Notes under the pieces: model-generated | What the model saw: the letters and a program-made list of their open reading frames with translations, nothing else | Told to the model about the DNA's origin: nothing | The model's database searches: none | Shown here: positions 53,803-64,000 of the stretch, piece by piece | How the letters are laid out: every line of letters starts with the position of its first letter | Position numbering within the stretch: the stretch's first letter is position 1 | Position numbers and translations under genes: made by a program | Assembly (NCBI GenBank): GCA_964016885.1 | Contig: OZ024757.1 | Coordinates: 12,462,001-12,526,000, forward strand | Length of the DNA: 64,000 nt | From: Eledone cirrhosa | Taxonomy: Eukaryota | Direction of reading: 5' to 3'

Positions 53803-56460
53803 GGACTCCAATCGAGCCAGTGGTAGGGAGCGGCTGTTCTATTTCGTCCCATTCGCCCTCGGGATCCCCAGCTCTGGCGCTGACCGGTTAACAGCAGCCT
53901 TCGTCAAGGCCAATGTCTCGTCATTTGGGCGAGCGCCCATCCCAAGCGTGCCCAGGTACGCCACACACCCCAACCTCAGCTACCCCCTCTCCTCCACCCC
54001 CGAGGCCAGCGCCAAGCGTTTGCGTGACCAGGTAAACGCAAAGCTTATCATGGGTGATGTCTCGGCCGCAGTCAGAGTTGTTGCCTCAGAGGACACTGTC
54101 CCCCAACCCACCGAGGGGGTCCTGGCTGCTCTGCGGCTCAAACACCCTGAGCCACCCACTGATCTCAGACCCATACCCCCACCCGACCCCCACTTGCTCC
54201 TTGTGGCTACTGATGCAGATATCATGCCCGCCACCAGGTCCTTCCCAGCTAGCAGCTGCGGAGGTGTTGATGGTCTCCGACCAGGCCACCTCAAGGAGTT
54301 GACATCCCCCCTCTCCGCTGAGGCCGGGCGCCGCCTTCTGAATGCAATTGTGACGCTCACCAATAGGCTCATTCATGGTGCTCTCGACCCTTACGCTCGA
54401 GGCCTTTTTTTTCGGCCAGCCTCACCTCTTTCAGGAAGAAAGAGGGTGGCATACGCCCCATTGCTGTGGGCAATGTCTTCCGGAGGCTGGCTGCCAAGGT
54501 GATCTGCAAGTCCGTCACACTCGAACTGGGTGAGGAGTTTATTCCGGTGCAACTGGGTGTCGGCGTGTCCGGTGGCTGTGAGAGAGCCTCTCATGCAATC
54601 AGGCAGTTCTTCAGCAGCTGCCCATCGGTACCGGCATCCAGGGACTCCAGGCACCTCATTGTCAAGCTTGACATGAGGAATGCCTTCAACTCTTTACGCT
54701 GGGATCATCTGCTCCAGGCCTGCCTCAGCCGAGCCCCCTCTGCCTAGCCACTGGCCTACCTGTCATATGGAGCCCCGAGCATGCTCCTAGCTGCTGATAC
54801 GGTCATACCCTCGGCTACTGGGGGTCCAACAGGGCGACCCTTTGGGACCCCTCCTGTTCGCCCTTGGTGTTGACCACATCGCCCGGAGTATCACGGCCCC
54901 TCTCAACGTTTGGTATCTGGATGATGCTACGTTGGGCGGGCCCGTACGGACAGTCTGCAAAGACCTTCAATTGGTGATTCCTGCCCTGGCGGGAATCGGC
55001 CTCCAGGTCAACTCAGCCAAGTCGGAAGTGGTGAACGTCAGCCTCGATGCTGGGAGCTTTGCAGCCTCCGTCTTGGACGTGCGGTCCATTCTCGCCCAGG
55101 TTCAGGTGACCCCCTAAAGAGGATGTCCTCATACTCAGGTCACCGATCCACCCGCCGGCCATCCGCTGCACCATCAGGTCCAGGCTTCAAAAGCTCCAGA
55201 CTCTCACGAGCCGACTGGGCTTGATTGACGGCCACCCAGCTCTCTTTCTGCTGAGGAACTGCTTCGCCATGCCGAAGCCGCTCTATACACTCCGCAGCAC
55301 TCCATGATACACCCAGACATCTCTTCTCGCTGACCTCGATACTTGTATCCGAGCAGCAACCGAGGGGATATGCACCGTCAAGTTTGACGACATAGGGTGG
55401 CAACAGGCCACTTTACCGGTCAGGTATGGTGGCCTTCGCCTCCAGTCCCCGATCTCACTAGCTTTGCCGGCGTATCTTTCGTCGGTAACCTCGTGCCGCG
55501 TCCTCGTCAGCAGAGTTCTTCAAAACACAACAGAACCCTCTGTATTCAGAGAACGTGTGGCCGCCTGTGAGACGTCGGACCGGCTGGGACTTAGCCCAGT
55601 AGACGTCCCTCCTCCTTATTCCCCTGTTGACGTCAAGTCCCCCCAACGCACATGGGATGCCATCAAGTGCAGCCTGGCTTCAGACAGGCTCACGCGCCAG
55701 CTCGACCAGCACCGCCTTGCTTGTTTTCGTGCGGTCTCCAAACCCCACAGTGGTGCCTGGCTCCATGCTCTGCCTTCCTTCGCCACTGGCACGCAGCTAG
55801 ACAACCATAGCCTGCGAATCGGTGTTTCCCTGAAGCTCGGCTTCCGGATCTGCCAGCCACACCTAAGTCACTGCGGTTCCACCGTGGACTATTTCGGCCT
55901 CCACCCGCTTTCCTGTCGCCACAGTGCCGGCCGTATTCCACGCCATACTTCCCTCAACGAGGTCATTAAGCATGGCTTGGACGCTGCAGGCTTCCCTTCC
56001 CAGCTCGAACCGGTGGGGCTGGATCGAGGGGACGGCAAAAGGCCAGATGGCATGACCATCTTCCCGTTCCGCGGTGGCAAAACCCTCGTCTGGGATGCCA
56101 CTTGCACCGACACTTTCTGCAGCCGCAACCCGGTGCAGTCTGCAACTGACCCAGGTTCTGCTGCACGTCAGGCTGAGGGGGCCAAACTCCTCAAATACCG
56201 GTCGCTCTCCGACAGGTTTGCGGTCGTACCCCTGGCAGTGGAGGCCTCTGGTGTCCTCGGCCCCAGGGATACCTCCTTACTCACCACCATAGGCGCTGAG
56301 CTGGCCAGCCGCAGGTGTGAGCCCCGCGAGTTGGAGTGGCTCTTCCAGCGCGTCTACCTCGCCTTCTCCATTCTGTCCGCCGGGGCTGTGGGTGGGCCCC
56401 ATCGCGTACCGCTGTAGTTGTTGTAGAAGAAACAGGAAGACAACTCCTAGCAATACATAA
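53803..56460 (+). mobile_element. CRE-like non-LTR retrotransposon (RT plus restriction-like endonuclease), 5'-truncated and disrupted
   Basis: GVDGLRP, GNVFRRLAAK, QLGVG..GGCE, LDMRNAFNS, GPLLF, WYLDD, Cys/His motif, RH, KRPDG, LVWDAT, K..KY, PLAVE.SG. GC-rich, with frameshifts and stops. Confidence 0.85.
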
Positions 56461-56579
56461 TATGTGTATATATCTAAGCAATTGATCATTGATCAGTAAA
56501 CTACTTGCCAAACCTGATTGACCAACCGTCTATATACATGTGAACTGAAGCATTGAAAATTAATACTACTGATTAATTG

Positions 56580-56690
56580 TTTCTACTTTAGGCACAAGGC
56601 CATTACTGGTACTTTATTTTATCGACCCCGTAAAGATGAAAGGCAACGTTAACCTCGGCGGGATTTGAACTCAGACTGTTAAGGGACGTA
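56580..56690 (-). mobile_element. SINE fragment (family of 45-185)
   Basis: Reverse complement of 52886-52965 and of its tail. Confidence 0.65.
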
Positions 56691-57055
56691 ACTATGCTGG
56701 AAAGCATGGCGTCCGACCAGTATCGCACCTATCCGGAGGACACGTATCGGACCTATCCGACAGATAACCCCCCCCCCCCCGGAAAACCCCCCAGTTGATG
56801 GATGTGAATCCAAAATATAGGGACAATTAAATCTCTCCCAAGGTAACTCTATCTCGTGTTATTATTTTTATTTTTTACGCTCTTTCTTACGTTCTTCTAC
56901 ACACTATACATCTCATTCTACATTCACTTACATCTCTCTCTTCACCACCGGATCTTGTTACCCGGAGAATTACCCATCTGCATTGTTGAGGCTTCCAAAA
57001 CGACCTAAAGAAAATATATCTTATTATTAATGCTTCAAGCAAACTTCAATACTCT

Positions 57056-57297
<242 letters not shown>

Positions 57298-58567
57298 TGT
57301 ATTAAATTTGTTGGAATTCCGACAAACATAAATGTTTATAACTGATTTAGAGCACTCAACAAATTACTGGAGTAAATATTCCATGATATTAAATAAATGG
57401 AAACTATATTTATAAAACCATATTTATTTTATTATATGTATTTCAATGTTTGACGGACACACACACATATTAGGTACTTTACCTTTAACCCCTGAATAAA
57501 TATTTACAAAACCTTCAAATACCACGGTAAGGGGGAATAATTTCAAGACATGGGAGGAAAAAATCATTTTTCAAAGAGAATTCTGGTGTAGATAATTCGG
57601 AGAAAATCTAGACATTGCTTGTGAGTAAAACTAAGTTTAATTCCCGCAGAGGTTAGCTTAGCCTTACATCCTTGCGGAGTCTTCTTCCTGGTAGGGTCGT
57701 GGGGGCAGAACCCTCAAACACTCCTTCCGGTGCAAACTGTCAGAAGCAACCGTCTTCAACTGATCCGCCCGGCTGGATCCTCTAAGCGAGACCGGCCACG
57801 CTCATGGATGTTATCCAACAATTTTGTTCGGGATCGTCGATAAAATAAAACACCAGTAATGCATTGGAGTCGATTTAATTGATGCAACAAATTACAAATA
57901 TATTAAAATATATAAAATGAAAATTAAGTAGGGCTGGGCGGGAGGATGAAAGATTCTTTAAAAGGTAACGAAAGAGAGGGGGGGGCTGAAAGGCTATTAG
58001 ATATATGAATGAATGAATGATAGAGAGGGAAGAGAGAAAGAGAAAGAGAGCAACAAGCTGACATTCAAAGGGAAAATATAGAGAGAAACAGATATATATT
58101 AGATGAATAGATATATATATATAGAGAGACAGAGATAGGGGGAGGGTATACAACAAAGAAAGAGAGAGAAAGAAGAGTGTACAAGAGAAAGAAGGGAAAA
58201 CGAGAGAGAGAAAAATAAAGAGCAAGTGAGGAGAGAAAGGGAAAGAAATAGGGAAAGAGAGAGAGTGTGTGTTATGTAGTTACAGTTGTAAGATGGAGAG
58301 AGAGAGAGTGTGTGTGTGTGTGTTGTGTTATGTAGTTGAAGTAGTAAGAGGGTGAAAGAGAGAGAGATGTAGTTGTAGTAGTAAGAAGATGAATTGTATA
58401 AATATTATATGTATATATATATATATATATACGAAACTACAGCTAAGAAAAAGTTACTAGAACTATCAGTCGCGTCAAAATTCAAAAGAATCTCTTCGGA
58501 GTAACTTATGTTAACTTTTCTGTTTTTAGCTTACTGTGAAACCTATTTCTAAACCGATAAACAGCAT

Positions 58568-58609
<42 letters not shown>

Positions 58610-58918
58610 TATACAGGCACACCTGTATAGCTGGTGAGGCAAATTAAATAGTAAGTGTCTTAATTTTCGTTATTTTTCTCTGATATTGGCTTAATAAAGG
58701 CGAGATGATCAATTATAGAATTTTACAGCCTGTTTATTAGTATATTAATTATTGTATTTTTATTATCATATAATATCATATATCAATAAACATCAGAGGC
58801 AATATTCATTTGGGTTTGGTTTATTAAAATCCGTAATGTACATTTCGCTGAGGTTTATTTTTGTTGTTGACACGGGGAACTGCCAGACTTGTGATGTTAT
58901 TTCCTCAACGGCCGGCCC

Positions 58919-58961
<43 letters not shown>

Positions 58962-59155
58962 GATAAATCTACCAAGAGTTTACGGTAGTGTCCAATCCGT
59001 ATGAAGAACTCAATGTAATCCGGATATCATGGAAAGAAGAGATGCAATGAAAAATCACTTTCGGTGAAAGATAAACGGAATACAGAGTCAAGATAAAATG
59101 TTAAAAAAATAATGAATAAAACAATGAAACAGTTCCTTATATTAAACAAAAAAAG

Positions 59156-59309
59156 TTCATTATTTAACGATCGTTTCTAGGATATATATGTGTTAGAATT
59201 GGCATGCATATTCAACAGATCTATGTACAAAATTATACAAAATTATACAAACTATCAAAATTAAATATACATACCAACACATATATAAGCCGTCTTCAGA
59301 AATAATGAA
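59156..59309 (-). ncRNA. Hammerhead-like motif with extended stem II, downstream of the Penelope ORF
   Basis: Minus strand reads ttcattattt-CTGAAGA-[~115 nt]-GAAA-CGATCG-T-T-aaataatgaa: perfect 10-bp stem I and palindromic stem III. Confidence 0.6.
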
Positions 59310-59549
59310 ATATATTTATTGATAATAACAACAATTCAAAATTACAGGTCTGTTTGGGAACAGAGTTCAAATTGACCAATGAAAATACAAAAAGTTTATA
59401 CAGTTAGGTGTGTGTATATATATGTAAGTAACTTCGTTCACAGATATGCATAAAGATATATGTTCACATGCATACGCATGCCAAAAAGATGTATGTAAAT
59501 ACAAAAATTCAAGGCTAATGTCTCTGTATGTTTATAATCTACAGATAAA

Positions 59550-59907
59550 ATACGTATACACATATAAATATAAAAATAAATATATACACACATTCATATA
59601 CTCACACATATAGGTACATTCACACACACACGCGCGTATACGCATAAACATACACACAACCACGAACATACATACACACACACACCCCCACACACATATA
59701 CATGTGTATACACTATTATCATAAGCAAATGGACATTAATGCGCGCACATAAACACTGCCACACATATTTAGATCCAGATACAGAAAGTAGGTGGGGGGC
59801 GGGGAGAAGAGGTCAGTATTCACCGGTGTCGGCAGACTGCCTATTTATAAATGTATCTATAAATTTAGAAATAAAAAGAAAAGAAAAAGAAAAAAGAAAT
59901 ATATCAA

Positions 59908-59963
<56 letters not shown>

Positions 59964-60001
59964 CAAGTAAAATATAAAATATACATCGATATACATACAT
60001 C

Positions 60002-60049
<48 letters not shown>

Positions 60050-60264
60050 CATATACATACATATACATACACATATACACAAACACATACATACACATAA
60101 TATACATACACACACCATATAAATACACATACACATACACACACGCATACATATAGAGACACATACATATACACATATAAATACATAGACATATACACAT
60201 ATACACACATATATATATATATACACATACACGCATACATATATATATATACACATTCACAACT

Positions 60265-60345
<81 letters not shown>

Positions 60346-60407
60346 CTACACACATATATAAACACACTCATGTATATACATACATACGCATACATACCCA
60401 CATATAA

Positions 60408-60502
<95 letters not shown>

Positions 60503-60588
60503 TATATACATACACACATACATACACACACATACACATACACATACACATATATAAAGATATATATACACACATACACACACATATA

Positions 60589-60643
<55 letters not shown>

Positions 60644-60964
60644 TATATATATATGCACACACACATACACACACATACATACTCATACATAGACATACAT
60701 ATATACTCACACACACATACACACATACATATACGCATATATAACATACATACACATCCATGTATGCGTATATACATACAAACACCACCACACGCTCACA
60801 CAACTCAGACATACATAAATAAAGGGATATACATACACATATATACATATATAAATAGAGATACATATACACATATAAATATATACACACGTACACACAC
60901 AAACACACATACATACACATACATACACACATACATATATATACACACACATACATATATACAC

Positions 60965-61009
<45 letters not shown>

Positions 61010-61053
61010 TATACATACACATATACATATATATACATATATACATATATATA

Positions 61054-61084
<31 letters not shown>

Positions 61085-61156
61085 TTAATACACACAGTCA
61101 GACAAATATGCACACACATACATATACATATATATATACATACACACATATATATA

Positions 61157-61190
<34 letters not shown>

Positions 61191-61414
61191 CATACATATA
61201 TATATACACATACACACATCAACTACAAATATATATATATATATATACATACACTCACATATACATGCGCACATACGTACATATATACACATACACACAT
61301 ATACACATAGACATATATATGTGCATACATATACATACACACATATACCCACATAAATACATATATACATATATATATATACACATACATATACATATAT
61401 ATATATATATACAC

Positions 61415-61447
<33 letters not shown>

Positions 61448-61550
61448 CAATCATACACCCTTATTTACATGCGCACATATGTATTTTTATACTCACATAC
61501 AAACACCCAAACATACATACCTACCTACATATACATACATACATCCACGC
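59550..61550. repeat. Complex (TA)n/(CA)n/(CATA)n microsatellite field
   Basis: Read directly. It is the source of the many YI/VC-repeat ORFs. Confidence 0.95.
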
Positions 61551-62626
61551 TTACAAATACAAATAATAATAGTAGGGGGGGAAAGGGGGGGGGGGGATTA
61601 TAGTAAATATAGGTTTTAAGAAACATAGAATATTAATCTGCATTTAGATCATAATATGTGTTTACATAGTAGTTTCAGTATTAGGAAATGTAAGAAAGAA
61701 GGCAAAATTATGCATTTCAATATAAGTATACCATTAATTATAGGTTAACTAAATTAAAGATAGTTAATATATTGATTTCTAAGGTGTATACTACTTAGGT
61801 TTATAATATTTGAAGCGGAATTTTGAAGTTAAATAGTAGTAGAGTATTAATTATAGTATAACTAAATTAAAATTATTAACGTTATGGTATCAATATTAGA
61901 AAATGAATTTAGTAATAGGGAAAAAAACAAATAAAGTATTACATCGGTAGTAGAATATAAATTATAGGTTAAGTAATTAAAAATTATATATTAATTTCTA
62001 TAGTATATGTTAATTAGGTTTATAATAATTAAAACAGATATTGTATTTTATCTATAGTAGAATATAATTATAGGTAAACAGAAATTAAAATTAATACATA
62101 CACATATACACATATATATACATATATATATATATATATACATATATATACATACATATACATATTTTTTCAAAAATTGCAAAGAATATATTAACTAGGT
62201 ATACATCCAAAACCTATCTCAGTCTATGATTACATGACACTCTGCAATCCATCTGTATTAGGATATTAATTTTAAGCCAATTAAATTAAATTTTTAGGTT
62301 AACCAAATTTAAAACCAAATTATAAATATATTTCTAAAATGTACATTAATTAGGTCTATAATACTAAAAATTATTTCTCTGTCATTGAATACACGATATT
62401 TTGTTATATTTTATCTGTAAAGGAATTTTAATAAAAGGTTAAATAAATTAAAATTAATCTATAAATTAATTTACGAAGTATATATTAGTAATATTTAAAA
62501 GTTTTTCACAATTTATGATTACACAATATTTTATAATCTCATCTGTAGTAGAATTTTAATTAAATTAAATTTATAGGTTAACCAACATTTAAATTAAATT
62601 ATATAATAATTTCTAAAATAATGTTA

Positions 62627-64000
62627 TTAATTAGGTTTATAATATTTAAATGTTTTTCTTAGTTTATGATTACACGATATAATTAATTCCTGTCGTTTAT
62701 TTAATAGGATATCCTTAGATTTCATTATTTCAAATAGTTCTTGGGAACATAATCTACATTCATTTCTATTATTTTGATAAGGGGTGGCTCTTTTGAGCAC
62801 ACTCCAGGTCATATCATATTCTATATTCTTATTTTTATAACTATTGATTTTTTCTGCTAGAGATGTTGTATTAGCCAGTGCGGCATTTTTAAAACTATGT
62901 TTGTGGGTATTAAACCTTGCCTTAAAATTGTTAGAAGTAGCTCCTATATATGAGCAAATAGAATCTTTAGTTTTAACATTACATTTATAAACTATGTTGT
63001 TAACAAGACAATTTCCTTTTAATGGGCAGTTTGCTTTGTTTCTACAGTTACAACCTTTCGTTAATTCTGTATTTGAGGAGATATTATGGTTAGTTTGATG
63101 TATTGGTGGTATACTTATGGTATTCTTACATTTATATGCATTATAGGCACTTATATTTTGTTTTATGTTATTTGTTGTTGAGTATGAGAATTTAACTGTA
63201 GACCTATTTAAGATTTGATGGTATTTGTGGTTTGGCGGGAAGTTTTTCTCTAGGATATAAAATTTTTTTTTAGCAATATTATCCTTAATTTGTAAATTAA
63301 ATGGAGCATTATACCAAGTAACCCGTCTATTACGGTTTCTATGTTGTTTATTATTTTTATAGGTTGTATCGTGATGTTTACTAGGAGGATTAATGTTAAT
63401 GATCTCACCCCGCACATTTTTAGTTAGATTTGTAAATTTAGGTGTTTTATCTTGTTTATTAGGAGTTTTATTATTAACATTTATTAGAGTTGTATGATGA
63501 GTAGTTTTTTGAGAGTTACTATACTTTATATTAGAAGAGTTGGTATTTTGGGGTATAGTGTGGGTGGCATTTATGTGTGTACTTTTCATTTGGTGTTTGT
63601 TGGTAATATTAGGTTGTATGTTTATAGTATTTTTAGTAGAAGGTATATATTCTAATCTATTTTTGTGGCCACTTCTATCTAGAGCTTCGTTATAGAAGGT
63701 CGCATTTTTATCAAATACATCTTGGTTAGAAGAAAGGTTAGAAATTCTAAGTGATATATTATATGCAAGGTTTTTAAGGATAGATTTAGGGTGATTAGAT
63801 TGTGAGTGTATGTAGTGTAAGTTTTGGTTGGGTTTATGGTAAGGTTGGTAGATACCCGTAGCTAAGTCTAAAGTTATATCTAGGAAATTTACTACTTTAC
63901 TTGTTTTTTCAAAAGTAATATGAAGACTATAATAGTCTTTAAGGAAAGTTATAATATGCTTTTTGTTTTTTTCTATTTCTGAAAGGCTAAGGTTGTTGGA
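62627..64000 (-). CDS. Penelope-like element ORF (RT thumb, Cys-rich linker, GIY-YIG endonuclease), 5' part beyond the window
   Basis: The frame stays open upstream of 63589 (VNFLDITLDL..YQPYHKPN..YIHSQSNHPKSILK). It also contains RRVTWYNAPF, CNCRNKANCPLKGNC, IVYKC..SYIGATSNNFKARFNTH and CRLCSQE, LLNKR. Confidence 0.9.
   Translation of the reverse strand, partial: SNNLSLSEIEKNKKHIITFLKDYYSLHITFEKTSKVVNFLDITLDLATGIYQPYHKPNQNLHYIHSQSNHPKSILKNLAYNISLRISNLSSNQDVFDKNATFYNEALDRSGHKNRLEYIPSTKNTINIQPNITNKHQMKSTHINATHTIPQNTNSSNIKYSNSQKTTHHTTLINVNNKTPNKQDKTPKFTNLTKNVRGEIININPPSKHHDTTYKNNKQHRNRNRRVTWYNAPFNLQIKDNIAKKKFYILEKNFPPNHKYHQILNRSTVKFSYSTTNNIKQNISAYNAYKCKNTISIPPIHQTNHNISSNTELTKGCNCRNKANCPLKGNCLVNNIVYKCNVKTKDSICSYIGATSNNFKARFNTHKHSFKNAALANTTSLAEKINSYKNKNIEYDMTWSVLKRATPYQNNRNECRLCSQELFEIMKSKDILLNKRQELIISCNHKLRKTFKYYKPN

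Noticed and set aside
58460-58510. Fourth hammerhead-like motif on the minus strand
   Set aside because: The core is degenerate (CCGAAGA and no GAAA).
59813-61603. Numerous YI/VC/HT-rich ORFs up to 260 aa
   Set aside because: Dinucleotide repeats lack stop codons, so these are not genes.

Overview
AT-rich, microsatellite-dense eukaryotic DNA. The tandem '[10 protein letters not shown]' C2H2 zinc-finger genes and the repeat content suggest an octopod cephalopod (inference). No clearly intact host gene is present. The window is a disrupted C2H2-ZNF gene cluster built from a ~14.7 kb segmental repeat (two long copies plus a partial third), with one ZNF copy nested in inverted orientation inside another. 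Retroelements include a near-full-length L1/Tx1 element flanked by (GATA)n plus two truncated relatives, a BovB-like RTE, many fragments of two RTE families, a CRE-like RLE element and a Penelope-like element. DNA elements include DD37D (maT) transposon remnants, MITEs and short Helitron-like pieces, alongside tRNA-derived SINEs. The best leads are a C4HC3 PHD-like finger inserted between the RT palm and thumb in both RTE families, the apparent (GATA)n targeting of the Tx1 family, three Penelope-type hammerhead ribozyme motifs, the inverted nested ZNF, and an unexplained structured GC-rich ~600 bp element inserted in (TA)n. All coordinates were read by eye and element boundaries are approximate.
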